NCBI GenBank assembly: GCA_964019425.1
Contig: OZ025795.1
Span: forward strand, 744,001-808,000
Direction of reading: 5' to 3'
From: Flectonema sp. DT1601
Taxonomy: Eukaryota
DNA length: 64,000 nucleotides
This document shows, in pieces, positions 1 through 11,468 of this stretch (the first letter of the stretch is position 1; the number at the start of each line of letters is the position of its first letter). Both the position numbers and the translations under genes were made by a program. The notes beneath the pieces were generated by a model. The model did not search any database and was not told the origin of the DNA. It saw nothing but the letters and a program-made list of their open reading frames with translations.

Positions 1-444
1 TCTTATTTCTTTTTGAAGTCTTTCACTGTTAGTTGAAATCTGTTCTTTTAATTGTACACAAGTATCGAGTTCTTGTTGAATACCAAATAACATATGTTGT
101 ATTTGAGAAAGACTCTGGTGAAGACCATCAATTGTCTCTCTGTACATAGAATATAAATCATAGTGACGTGTTTTTATTTTTACTTCAGTTTTGCAACTGT
201 CACAAAGTATATTCCCATCTCCAGTACAACATGTGATTGGTTTTCCTGGATGAGTAGAACACTCTTTTGGTTTCACTCCCCCCTGTCCGAGAGGATACTG
301 TTCATGCTTGATTCCTCCTCTGTGTAGTCGAATGTTACATCGTTCACAAATACTAATTCTACAAGCAGGACAGTCGATGGTTGCTTTCTCTACTTCACAG
401 ACACCACAAGTTGCTGGAGATATCAACGGAAGAGAATCAATCAT
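1..444 (-). CDS. Tandem B-box zinc finger + coiled-coil protein (TRIM-like), 3' end runs off the window
   Basis: Not in the ORF track. Hand translation from ATG at 444: MIDSLPLISPATCGVCEVEKATIDCPACRISICERCNIRLHRGGIKHEQYPL...ECSTHPGKPITCCTGDGNILCDSCK..., then heptad-like LSQIQHMLFGIQQELDTCVQLKEQI. Frame is open to position 1. Confidence 0.8.
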   Translation of the reverse strand, partial: MIDSLPLISPATCGVCEVEKATIDCPACRISICERCNIRLHRGGIKHEQYPLGQGGVKPKECSTHPGKPITCCTGDGNILCDSCKTEVKIKTRHYDLYSMYRETIDGLHQSLSQIQHMLFGIQQELDTCVQLKEQISTNSERLQKEIR

Positions 445-830
445 TTAGTGTAAAGGTTACTGACAAAAGTAATTATAAAATGAATCCATCACTTCATCCA
501 TCTCACTAAAGATATCTACCGTAGCTGTGAGAAGATAATAAAAGTAAAAGAGAAACGTAGTACAGCAACACCCGTACGTTTAATTCAATCGTACACAAAT
601 AAATACAATAACTGAATGGTACAATACTACTACAGGAGGGAGGAGGGAAGGATAAGTCTAAAAGAAAAGCACACCTTGAAAAGGCGCAATCTTGTTTTTA
701 CAATAATAAGTAACCACTGACTACTCAGAGATTACAACAGTTTGGTGGTCGTGAACTCGAAGAATAAGAACGATAATTACAACAACAACAACAACAACAA
801 CACAATAAGAGAGTGAATATAAAAACAAAA

Positions 831-2408
831 CTATCCAACTGAAGGACTGGTACTAAAGGAGAGCTCAGTTGATATTGTTGTTTGATGTCGGGGGGAGAAC
901 AAATCAGCAAGTGGGTCTCCATCGTTATCGTAATCAGCATCTGATAAAATCTTTCTACAACTTCGTAACTCTTCTTCTTCTTCTTCAAGTGATTCTCTCT
1001 TCCTTCGCAGTCTTATTTCCATTAGTAAGACAGGAGTTTCTTTTTCTTCTGTTCTCTTTCTCTTTGATTTCCCTTCTTCAAGTACCTGTTCGAGTCGTTT
1101 TACGATCCCTTCTTGATCGGCAACTAGGAGTTGGGTTTCAGTTTTACCAGCTAAACGAGACCTTTCAGTTTGTTCTAACTTGTCTTCTAAGGATTCAACT
1201 TGTCTTAATAAAGAATCCCTCTCATTAATAAATTGGTTAAGTAATTGAGAGAGTTCACGGTAAACGGTGTCGGCTTTCTTTTCTTTTTCAGTTTCGACTT
1301 GGAGGAGTTGTTCAAACTTCTGAACGTTGCGGAGAGAGGATTGAACTTCAGCTTCAGCTACCTCAAGACTCTGCTTTGAGACTTGACAGGTTTTATCTGC
1401 TGACTTCAGGTCATGAAACGCTCGAGTAGTTCTGGCATTTTGTCTATCAACTTCTACTTGTTGTTCTTTAAGTTGTGCTTCTAATTCACGAAGACGTTCA
1501 ACTTGTTGGACGTGTTTTGCCTCTTGAGTTTTTAATATCTTAACAGATTGTTCTCTGTTTCTCTCTGCTGTGCTGTATTCTCTACTAGTTTGCTGAACTG
1601 CGTGTTTACATGTTGATAAAGTCGCTTCAGCTTTGTGTTGTTCAGATTCTAACAGCTCACGACTTTCATTGCTGGTTTCGAGAGCACCCTTAGCGCTCCT
1701 TTGTTTGGATTCAACTTCAGTTACCTTTTGTTGTTTTTTCTTTACAGTCTCTCTCTTCAATTCGACATCATTCCTTCCATTTGATAATAAAATTTCCTGA
1801 CGGTTATCGTCGTCCTGGAGCTTTCTATACTTTGCCCTCTCCTGCGCAATGTTTGCTGCTGTCTCTTCTTCCTTCTTTCGACGCTTTCCTCTCGTGTAGA
1901 GGCAATTTATAAAAGTGGGATAAACTTTACACAGATTGTCGAATTCACTAAATGAAAGAACTTGATTCCTGTCAACGTCTGCTTTTTTAAACATTCCTTC
2001 GAAGACTGAAGGCTCGAGATCGATGTCATACTTTTGAAGGAAGAAGTTCATTAAAGATAATGTCAACTCTTGTTTATTATCAGAACTCAGATCAGCGTAG
2101 ACAGAACTTATTTGTTGATTGTGAGAAGCGTTTTCTAACTCCCGAGAGGTTTCAACAATCTGAACATGTTTTGGACTCACAGATCGAATACCACTTCCAA
2201 AACCAAATCCTCTCTTTGCTGGAGTCATGCTACTCCTCCTTGGAGATGTAGATGGTGGTCGGTAGATCGTTCTCGGTACTGAAGTCGGTGGCTGTCTTCC
2301 AGCCTCAGGTGACAAATCCCTTATTGACGACTTGAATGCTTGATGCTGACTTTCCAAAAATAATGCACTGTTCTTTAGCCGCTCTGCAATTGCACCAATT
2401 CCGGACAT
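831..2408 (-). CDS. EF-hand plus long coiled-coil protein
   Basis: 525-aa ORF with an EF-hand loop (FKKADVDRNQVLSFSEF), followed by ~350 aa of E/K/Q/R-rich heptads. Confidence 0.75.
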   Translation of the reverse strand: MSGIGAIAERLKNSALFLESQHQAFKSSIRDLSPEAGRQPPTSVPRTIYRPPSTSPRRSSMTPAKRGFGFGSGIRSVSPKHVQIVETSRELENASHNQQISSVYADLSSDNKQELTLSLMNFFLQKYDIDLEPSVFEGMFKKADVDRNQVLSFSEFDNLCKVYPTFINCLYTRGKRRKKEEETAANIAQERAKYRKLQDDDNRQEILLSNGRNDVELKRETVKKKQQKVTEVESKQRSAKGALETSNESRELLESEQHKAEATLSTCKHAVQQTSREYSTAERNREQSVKILKTQEAKHVQQVERLRELEAQLKEQQVEVDRQNARTTRAFHDLKSADKTCQVSKQSLEVAEAEVQSSLRNVQKFEQLLQVETEKEKKADTVYRELSQLLNQFINERDSLLRQVESLEDKLEQTERSRLAGKTETQLLVADQEGIVKRLEQVLEEGKSKRKRTEEKETPVLLMEIRLRRKRESLEEEEEELRSCRKILSDADYDNDGDPLADLFSPRHQTTISTELSFSTSPSVG

Positions 2409-3034
2409 TTTTTATTTTTTGTGTCGGGATCGAACTGGATGGAATGAATAGTTTAATATTTATTTATCGAAGTCAGGGAAGCCAACAGAAGCAATTAGCA
2501 CCCTCCCCTCTCGGTAACAATTCGTTAATCTGAAAGGGAAGAAAAGACTGTTATAAGTTTCGTTTCTCTCAAAAAGAATTAGTAAATGCTTGCATCACTA
2601 ACCCAGAGCACCTCCACACAGGCAGCTGATTAAATCTTATAATGATTTTTTTTCTTTTTCGAAAAAACGACCAAATAAAACCTTCAGGTGAGACATGTAC
2701 TAATCACACAATAACAAACACATGATGTCGTCAAAACATAAAAACACAGTTTAATAACTGAGAGGTTTATTTGCGAGTGAAAATCGCAATCGAAAGATAA
2801 AAGTACGAATGTGATTTTAACTTTTGATCCCTTGAGAAGATCCATAAGAAAACAGAACATAAGCGACACACAGTTCTTTAGCTTATTGTGGAGCATAGAA
2901 ACACAACACAAGTTAAAGACTGCGACCTACAGGCTGGCAGTGAACCAGAAGACTATCAAACTTTATAGCGATTATTTATGAGTAAAACTGGTCGGTGCTA
3001 AGCTCACGACCATTAAACGAAAAAAAACGCTTCA

Positions 3035-4381
3035 TTATATAGTGTGGTATTGCTTCTGTGTAATAACAATGGGTTCAGTTTCTTCACATTCATATTCAAC
3101 GGAGTTTACGGAACCAAACATGCGATTGATAACCTTCTCGCTGATTAGACGTTGACGTGATGCTGCTTCTTCCTCTCGCTTTTGAGTTATGAAAACAGAA
3201 TGGAGATAAACAATTAGTGCAAAGGTTACTAAAAGAGCAAATGTTCGGTACAACACAACGCTGCCAAACCAATCCATGACGTAACCTCCTACAGATGTTC
3301 CAAAAAAGAAACCCAAACCGTTTCGTGAAGCAGCCAGTAAACCTTGAGCTGAAGCTTCTAATCCTTTTGGTGCATGTGAATGAACAAATTCATTGGCAGC
3401 GACAGTAATAGCGGCTATTGTAATTCCGTGGAGTGGCTCAACTAAAAGAACCCACCATCCTGTTGGAACAAGTGTGTACACGACTACTCTAACTATGTAA
3501 CTTAGACTAGCTATTGATAACAAAACAGGAACACCAAAATATTTTATTGCGTGCTCACTCCATAAGAAAAGTGGAATTTCAAATAAAACTGTAATCGCTA
3601 CTGAGACACCACATCCAAAGGCAGTCATCTTGAGATCATTTACAAAAAATAAGAAAAGTAAATTTTCAACCAAACTCATCCCCGCCGCTGAAGAAAACAT
3701 TAATAAAAAGAATCCAAAATGTTCATACGTCTTAGTGAGCATAGCAAAGACTTCTCTACTGAAAATAGAAGCTTTGGAACTTTGTTGTTTTTCTTCCTTA
3801 TGATGATGTTTGATACTTGCATACTGTCTCACCTTTATTATTGTAATTATACTTGTAGCAAAGTGTCCGTAGAACATTGTTTTCGTTCCATACAAATCAA
3901 TTAAAGGTCCTTGAAAGATGTGAACAATAAGCCAGGACACGGCTCCCCATAGTCGCTGCCTACCAAATAGTTTTGATCCTTCTTTTCCATGTTGAACATG
4001 CAAGTCTTCTAGTGAGATAGCATTAACGAGAGGCCACCAAGTTGCAAAGCAAAAACTTCCGATGATTCTCAAAGAGAAAAGGTATAAAAAATTATACTCC
4101 ACAGGTATAGTTCCAACATCTATTAACGCCCCTGCCATGAAAGTAATTTCAGCAACAGCAATTGTAAGCATTAAGATTACTTCCTTTGAATCGTGTCTCG
4201 GTAAACTGTCAGCTAACCCGGTCCAAAATGGAGCTGCTATGATTGAAATCAAACACCCGACTGATAGAACAATTCCTACTTGGGAGTCACTCAACCCCCT
4301 TTCTTGATAAAATAATGACATAAACCTCCCCTGAAACCCGCATATGGCAAACACATAAAAGAATAGCTCACCGCTCTGCAT
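3035..4381 (-). CDS. Major facilitator superfamily transporter (MFSD6 / MFS_1-like)
   Basis: 448 aa with ~12 hydrophobic segments. Motifs GLSDSQVG, PFWTGLAD, FGRQRLWGAVSW, FEIPLF, LLVEPLHG, ASAQGL. Confidence 0.88.
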   Translation of the reverse strand: MQSGELFFYVFAICGFQGRFMSLFYQERGLSDSQVGIVLSVGCLISIIAAPFWTGLADSLPRHDSKEVILMLTIAVAEITFMAGALIDVGTIPVEYNFLYLFSLRIIGSFCFATWWPLVNAISLEDLHVQHGKEGSKLFGRQRLWGAVSWLIVHIFQGPLIDLYGTKTMFYGHFATSIITIIKVRQYASIKHHHKEEKQQSSKASIFSREVFAMLTKTYEHFGFFLLMFSSAAGMSLVENLLFLFFVNDLKMTAFGCGVSVAITVLFEIPLFLWSEHAIKYFGVPVLLSIASLSYIVRVVVYTLVPTGWWVLLVEPLHGITIAAITVAANEFVHSHAPKGLEASAQGLLAASRNGLGFFFGTSVGGYVMDWFGSVVLYRTFALLVTFALIVYLHSVFITQKREEEAASRQRLISEKVINRMFGSVNSVEYECEETEPIVITQKQYHTI

Positions 4382-4613
4382 TTTTATGCGATGTACCCCA
4401 ATTCCTTTTTTTTTTTTTTTTTGAAATAAAATATTATCGTAAATGAAGACATGTCACGTAAAGAGATTTGGTCAACAAAGTTTCTTTTTTTAAATTGAAT
4501 TAACTTAGGTTGGGGATCCAATGAAAAACTGCGTGACTCCTTCACTCCTCAGACAAGAGCGGGTTAAGTCGTCCTGTAATAATCAATTATGCCGAATGTG
4601 TAGTGATGGTTAA

Positions 4614-4889
4614 TTATGGAGAAGGCTTCGCCTCAGTTTCCATTTCTTTGTGGGCTTGCTGTACGTTATCCCACAACCGCTGATAAAGTGCAGTGCCTCC
4701 AATAATTGGTCTCTCATTACTGTGAGCGTGAACTTTTGAAAATATATCCGGAGGGGTTACCGCAATATTCCTGTTGTTTAGTTTCTGTTGTTTTAGTTTT
4801 TCGTATGCTTCGTCAAGCATTCGTTCAGCATCCATTGTGAAGAAGTCTTGTTGTTCTTCTTCACACTGGTGTACTTCTTCAGATGACAT
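4614..4889 (-). CDS. Small hypothetical protein
   Basis: 91-aa ATG ORF on the common coding strand with globular-looking composition, preceded by an acceptor-like ttattccacAG. Confidence 0.55.
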   Translation of the reverse strand: MSSEEVHQCEEEQQDFFTMDAERMLDEAYEKLKQQKLNNRNIAVTPPDIFSKVHAHSNERPIIGGTALYQRLWDNVQQAHKEMETEAKPSP

Positions 4890-5063
4890 GTTGTACAGTT
4901 GGTGTACGGTGTTATCTTTCCTGTGGAATAATTATTATCATTTCCTCTGTTTGGAATTAACTAAATCAACCAACCGACATAAACGTAGTATGTGGATACT
5001 CAAAATAATATAAATTGATTCACGAAAAGACAGCAACCAATACAAATACAATAAAAGATAAGG

Positions 5064-5798
5064 CTACTTATCGATTTGAGGTGCTGCAAGATCTCCTTCC
5101 TTTTTCTCTGTCTTGCCCAGTAAGTTGCTATAGCTAGACTTGCTTTTACCTTCACTGTAGACTTCTCTTCTTTGATAGTTCGGAATTCCCAATCCAAGGG
5201 TCATGGTATTTGGTCTGTCAATCGCCCAGTATGAACCAGCGGTTGTAAAAAATCCAGGTACCCATCGTTCTTTAAGAGAATACCACATAATGTAAATATA
5301 TCCAAGTACTACAAAGGGTAACCCTGTTAGTAATTCAGCAAACCAGGCAATGGCTAACCATAGTAGTAATATAGGTCGAGCTGGTTTACAAAAATAGAAA
5401 ACCCATATCACCGTCATCACTGCTAAAAATCGACCCTCAGTACTGACGTAGCTGTATTCGTTTCTAATGTTTTCCCATTTTATGCCAATACCGAGTTTTG
5501 TTTTAAAGAATTTATCTGTCTTTTGTTTCACACCATCCTTCAGTATGTCAGCAGGATCTCGTTCTTGATAAATCATATGCAATGGTGCCCCCGCCATTAT
5601 CTCCTCATAAGCCTGTTTTATCTTCATAAACTCATCAGCATCCCCACCCTTATCAGGGTGATGGATTGCAATTAATTTTTGATAAGCAAGTTTGACATCA
5701 TCTGGGGATGAGGTTCTATGTATGCCTAATGTTTCGTATGCCGATTTCTTAAAAACTGGTTTCTTCACACATCTTAAAATTGGAATTCTTCGTAACAT
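5064..5798 (-). CDS. DnaJ-domain membrane protein, probably mitochondrial
   Basis: J-domain AYETLGI...VKLAYQKLIAIHHPDKGGDADEFMKIKQAYE with the HPD motif. Basic N-terminus MLRRIPILRC. Hydrophobic segments in the C-terminal half. Confidence 0.85.
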   Translation of the reverse strand: MLRRIPILRCVKKPVFKKSAYETLGIHRTSSPDDVKLAYQKLIAIHHPDKGGDADEFMKIKQAYEEIMAGAPLHMIYQERDPADILKDGVKQKTDKFFKTKLGIGIKWENIRNEYSYVSTEGRFLAVMTVIWVFYFCKPARPILLLWLAIAWFAELLTGLPFVVLGYIYIMWYSLKERWVPGFFTTAGSYWAIDRPNTMTLGLGIPNYQRREVYSEGKSKSSYSNLLGKTEKKEGDLAAPQIDK

Positions 5799-6017
5799 TT
5801 TTTATAACTCTTATTGATAGCTGGGTTAGAATATTATTATTTATACGGTTTTTCAAAGTTGTCAGCTCCAAAGTCCACCCAACAAACAAAGAGGGGAAGA
5901 AGAAAAAAAAAAAAAAAAAAAAAAAAATCATGACGGGGGGAAATAAAACTGAGTTACTTTGTGTAAGTGGTAAAAATAATATTTTTGTATTTACAGGAAA
6001 ACCAAAAAAAACAGAAC

Positions 6018-7130
6018 TTATTTATTAGTAAGTGCATGACTCATACCACTATCAGAGCAGTAAAAACTGTTTGATAATTGGCAGTCTCGACACAACTTTG
6101 GGGTTGGTTTACGGGCTTCTTGTAATCTTCTAATAACATCGTGACATGATGGGACATTATCAGCAGTTTTTAAGAATTCAATTTTATCTTCGGGAAGGCA
6201 GTTTAGCTCTGCGGTGATTCGAAGGACACTGGCGGCCATATTTTCGAGAGGGAAATCATTTTCATCATCTCCAAAGGGATCAGAAATCTCACCTGACACT
6301 GCATTTGTTCCAAAGAAAGCAATTCCCAGAACAAACACAACAATTATAGTAAACCAACCATAGTCGAATACAAATGTAAATGGCATGTAAGTAAAGGACG
6401 ACAGCAATCCAACATTCAAGAGCTGAACAAAGGGAAGAGGCATAAGAATAATTTTACCCGAATTGGCATCACTAATTGCTAACACTGCCTGTTGAATGAG
6501 ATTGTCACATGAGAAGAATATTTCCTCATCAAAATCTAAATAACGTTGTGAAGCATTTAAACACATTGTTATCCACTGTCCTATTACGACGTGTTTGCAT
6601 TTGGTGCTTTGGAGGACTTTTAATTCCTCAGTAGTTACCCATTCTGGTTTTTCATCGGCGTTTGAACTTCTAAAGCACTGGCCCTCACTTCCGAGAGTAT
6701 CCTTCGCAACAGCGAACAACAAGTTAGTTAGTCTAAATATCGTTTCTACCATTTCAATTTTTAAATTTAACAATTCCGGACTCGGTTTTTTCTGAATCCC
6801 TCGAAATGACAAATACGATGCAACCATTCTATTTATGTTAATGTTACAGTATACAACTTTTCCTATATTCCCTCTGCCTGCCCAGTACACGTGATAAGCA
6901 ATGTTTGATCTGAACACCAGTAGTAGAGCCACAGGAGTCAATACCAAGTGCATCATTTCTTCTTCTTTTAATGCCGTATTGCTTCTTAGATTTCCCCATT
7001 CATAAGAACAACAGGCAATTATCGATAAGATCACGATATATATAAGTTGGCTTCCAATTGCATTCAAAGCACTTCCCCTTAGTTGGGTGAGGATTTCAAA
7101 ACTAGAATATCGATTATACTGTACAGTCAT
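6018..7130 (-). CDS. Bestrophin-family anion channel (bacterial YneE / VCCN-like type)
   Basis: Motifs LLLVFRSNIAY, MPLPFVQL and EISDPFGDDENDFPL; four hydrophobic segments. Confidence 0.85.
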   Translation of the reverse strand: MTVQYNRYSSFEILTQLRGSALNAIGSQLIYIVILSIIACCSYEWGNLRSNTALKEEEMMHLVLTPVALLLVFRSNIAYHVYWAGRGNIGKVVYCNININRMVASYLSFRGIQKKPSPELLNLKIEMVETIFRLTNLLFAVAKDTLGSEGQCFRSSNADEKPEWVTTEELKVLQSTKCKHVVIGQWITMCLNASQRYLDFDEEIFFSCDNLIQQAVLAISDANSGKIILMPLPFVQLLNVGLLSSFTYMPFTFVFDYGWFTIIVVFVLGIAFFGTNAVSGEISDPFGDDENDFPLENMAASVLRITAELNCLPEDKIEFLKTADNVPSCHDVIRRLQEARKPTPKLCRDCQLSNSFYCSDSGMSHALTNK

Positions 7131-7415
7131 AGCGTATGATTCATTGGTGATCTGTTAGAAGGAAATATGTTCAATACTAAAACAGTGACTGGGTGACTAG
7201 TGAAGGACATCATTTTAACTTCTTCTGTTGGAGGAAAACTTTTATTGCTGTACAACAACTGCAATTAAACTTTTTCTTAAAACTAAGATTCTCAGATGCA
7301 ACGCTGCCTTCCGAATTTGGGCTGCGAATGTAAGTCTGTCTTAGCTGACGCAGACATTTATAATTCTACAGTGAACTGGTACAAGTGATTGTTTGTTACA
7401 AAAGGAAATTATAAA

Positions 7416-8222
7416 CTACTTTGAGAATAAACCAGTCAAGTCTCCTTGCTTGACATCAATAATTGAAATATTATTATTGTCTAAGAAAGGTTTCTCAACT
7501 ACCGATGATAACTTTGAGTTGTAAACAGCTCTGGTTGAATCATCTGTGAGAACAGAGATCAGAAATTCCTTAGCCGTAGTATCGAACATGTTAGCAACAA
7601 CCGAATGAACTTCACTCTGAGTCATCGGCTTACTAACTCTCCTACTACCAGGAATCTCCGCAAGCGGAATAGGCTGCCCTGAAGAGTTTCTCAACTCCCC
7701 ATTTTTTGCCAAAAACACGAAAGCTTTTGAAAGGATTTGATCACCCAGAAGTTTCATATTTAAATTATTACACTTACAAATATGATAACCTCCTTCAGTT
7801 GTTAACATGATTTCAAGTTGACCCATTGTGAGGTACGTAACATGGATGTCAACTTCTACTCCTCTTTGGTAGTATAAAGTAGCTGGTATACTTCCATAAC
7901 GTGCAATTAATGGACAATAAACAACATCATAGTCAGGTAATCTACCAGGAACTACTACTACGCTACCAGACTCTCCCATATCTCCGTACTTCCTTTGTAG
8001 TTGTAGTGGGCTTGCATTACTACCAATGGCTAATACTGCTATTCTTCGTATGCCTGTTGCATCCTTTTCGTCTTGTAGATAAGTAGACCAATCTGGAATT
8101 GCTTCTGTTACTCCTTCTCCTTTTTCTGAATAGCGAAATACGAAAGATCCCTCTGGACGAGGGAATGGGTACGACAAAGCAAAGCTAATCCGTTCCTCCA
8201 AGGTTTTCTCAGCCGGCGGCAT
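7416..8222 (-). CDS. Gamma-glutamylcyclotransferase (AIG2/GGCT)-like fold protein
   Basis: VLAIGSNASPLQL matches the GGCT-fold xxYGSN strand-loop; also YDVVY...YGSIPATL...QLEIMLTTEGGY. The ATG at 8222 (MPPAEK) follows ttttttccAG and is preferred over the GTG at 8297. Confidence 0.65.
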   Translation of the reverse strand: MPPAEKTLEERISFALSYPFPRPEGSFVFRYSEKGEGVTEAIPDWSTYLQDEKDATGIRRIAVLAIGSNASPLQLQRKYGDMGESGSVVVVPGRLPDYDVVYCPLIARYGSIPATLYYQRGVEVDIHVTYLTMGQLEIMLTTEGGYHICKCNNLNMKLLGDQILSKAFVFLAKNGELRNSSGQPIPLAEIPGSRRVSKPMTQSEVHSVVANMFDTTAKEFLISVLTDDSTRAVYNSKLSSVVEKPFLDNNNISIIDVKQGDLTGLFSK

Positions 8223-9446
8223 GTTGAGAGTCTGGAAAAAAATAAAATAAATACAAACACGCCACAGTAGTGGAAAACGAAAACAAGTGACTTCCACGAC
8301 GCGACATTATTTTAAGTACTCAAGAAGTACCTACTTTAAATAATTAGAGTTCCGGAAGACAAACATTGCATTTTAGGGAGGAAGAAATTCTTATGATTAG
8401 TGGCCCAATACCGCATTATTGAATCATAAATAAATGGGATATAATGAAAACCAACACAAAGGTGAAAACGTTCTTTCCAACAGCCTGTTCAGCTCAGTTT
8501 GATTGGTTTTGTTAAACTGCTTTTCGGAGTCAACACAATTCCTCCCTTCAGGGTACGTCTCCCACAAGAGAGTTGGTGTGGACCATAGCAGTCAACAATC
8601 CATCAACTAGCTTGATTGAATCGACGAATGGTCAGAACGTTTAAGGCAAAAAGAAAAAACAATTCGGGGGAAAGCGTGATAGAGAGAGGAAATTCGGTTA
8701 CGGTCATCACTGCAAACGCTGAACAGAAAGAATCCACTTCTTTATCCGAAAACGCAGCAGGAAGTAATTAGTAGCAAAAAAGGAAATCGATACGTTTATA
8801 ATGTAGTCAGCGTCAAGGTCTAAGACCTGCTTCAAACAAACAACGTATTGGGGAAAGGAATGAAGAGAGTGTGGCTTAAAAACATTTAAGTTAAATTACT
8901 ACCAATTTAGTATTTGTTTGCCATTAAAAAAATAAAGGATTTCATAAACAATGCATCCCTTTGATAGTAGTGAAAAATAATTAATTTTGAAAAAAGACGC
9001 AGACATGTGAAGCAGCTTCTATCACATCAACTAATTCACTTTTATCTAAAGAGAACACACACTAGAATCAATCTTTTAACAAAAAAAAAGATTCAAAAAA
9101 AAAAGAAAGGAAATATGATTTATGTTGCTTTGGCAATTCAGCACATCATATGTTTTTGCCGTAGCTTTGTACAAAGACACACCAGGGAGCAGAATAGAAA
9201 TATTGATTCCTCTTACTGACTGGGAATTTCTTTAGCTAACAACAAACTTTTTCTATTAAAACATGTTCAGAAAACATCGATCACCCAATATTGCGTGTTA
9301 GCTCACAAGAAGATCATTTTCGTGGGTAGTATCAGTCACAGATAGACGCCCTTGGAGTATATAACAGCTTCTCAGGTACAAAGAAAAATTAGTTGAAGAG
9401 AGTCAACGTGAAGGGGAAAGAAGATAGGGAAAGAAGATAGGTGGGC

Positions 9447-9742
9447 GAGGGTAACTTGATGCTATGATTAAATGTAAAGCAACTTGAAACTGGCTACAAA
9501 GATAGGGTTCGGCTAAACCTGGTTGCAATGAAAGAGAGGTCCAACCGTATCCTATTTGTTCTGTCAAATATGGACGTACAGGTTGAGATCCCTATTCCCT
9601 GTCACCCGTTATAGCCTAAAACTAGTAATCCTTTACAGATTTCAAAATCAAATAAACAGGAAATTCAAGAAAGAAAAATCATTTTTGCAAAAATAATCAA
9701 AAAATAAAAATGAAACATTTCTGATTCGTAGCACACTACCAG
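9447..9742. repeat. Degenerate interspersed repeat, copy 1 (internally deleted relative to copy 3)
   Basis: 9447-9557 resembles 55790-55922. 9557-9658 resembles 56178-56292 and 28465-28572. The 18-mer TTCGTAGCACACTACCAG at 9725-9742 recurs exactly at 28644-28661. Confidence 0.7.
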
Positions 9743-11468
9743 CGGAGCACTGGGATTCCGAGGCACTACGTACGGTATAGATAGACAAACATCATAATCA
9801 CACTTATTTTGTCTACATTGGAATGATACTAAAAGTGGTTTGTGAAATGGTGTTACCGTAAATGTTACAATACATTTACTGGTTACTTCTTCCTAAATTT
9901 CAGGTTGTGTCCTGCTGGGCACATGTGAAGCTGCTCTCTAAACACAAGAGCCCTAAAAAATTAATAACCGAGTATTCTGTTATAGATTTAGATAATTAAA
10001 TTAGAACTAGAGGATGACTTTGAAGTTCTGTCGTTTGTCGTTTCTCGGCAAAGGAACTACGTCAACATGGTTATTTCTTTTACCATTTAACATAGTCCCC
10101 TTATATAAATATCAGTGAACGCGGGATACCAACTAATGAGTGGTGCTGAGTTATGTTTTATAGAGGGATAAACAGAAAAGAAATTAAAAGGTTTCCACTC
10201 ATGCTGAGACGATGTGTCCGAGTACCGTGGAACTGCCAGACGTGGGAGGACGCTTCTGGGTGCAGTAATTTCGCACAAGGCCAAACCCACTGGTAGACCC
10301 TAAGCTATAAAACTATTTAGTTAGTATTATATAACTGTTAATCAAAGAAAATGTACCTAAGACAATAGAAACCAATAAAAGGAAAATATATTTATTTGGG
10401 TCTTATTGGAGGATAAGTTGTGTTGACTTTCTAAAATATACCTGAACTGAATCATATTACATCGGTGTTAATGATCCACATGATATATGGCTGAAATAGC
10501 CATAAGGTTTTGAAATATGGTGTACAAGAAAGTCATCTAACAAAATTGTTTGAGTTTAACAAGAATTTAATAATATTATGATAAAGCAAACACTCTACAT
10601 TATAATCAATGTAATCAACAAATCTTTATAGCATTGTCTCTTTTTTTTTTTTTTTTTCGTTTTATAATTCAGTGCAGTACCGAATCGAGTACTAATACTA
10701 ATATAATCGTGAGACTTGGAAAACCAAGATATTATGTTATAAAGCAGAGTGAAAGTTTCACCTATTAATTACTTGCTATAAGTTCGGTATCAAAGCGAGG
10801 GACCTCAAGACAGAATCTGAAACAATCGCTGTCAAGTCAATAAGTAATTAACAAAAGTCTCATAAACTTCTCATTTATACGAACTATAATTCACTGATTT
10901 ACAATGACAAAAAGGAATGCAATTTTAGGATTGGAAAGAACACCGACATTCAGATGTGATGGAAAAGTAAATACACGTTTTTGAAAATTAAAAAAAAAAA
11001 AAAAAAAAAATTGAAAAAGGTGCGTAGATTTCTGATGCGCTGCGCATTTCAGGCTAATCATCCAAAAGAACACAAAAATGGATAATTGCAATCACTTCAA
11101 TGCAACAAGCAGTGATCCGAAGACCCAACACCAGGAGGCCAACAACTCCAAGGAGAAAATATAGTTGGCTCTATAGGTCGGCAGTTAATAACTATGTTCG
11201 AATCGACAACAACAGCAGTTCTCGAAACTCTCACAGCACCCCTGCCATTAACCGAAACCGCCAAATTCGCAGCTTTCACATCGAATCTGTTAGTTGAATT
11301 AATTCACTGGGACAGTCTGCTCTTCTTTGCTGACAGCAGGAGCAAAAACAGGAACAACGAATTCAAGGACAAAAAAAAAAAAAAAAAAAAAGAATTCTTG
11401 GCAATAAAGAATACCTCCAAGCGACGAACAATCGCGGGAACTCATAAAAAACTGTAAACCTTCTGTGT

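Noticed and set aside
725..988. Poly-Cys ORF
   Set aside because: Translation of an (AAC)n microsatellite at ~779-802 overlapping the end of a real gene.
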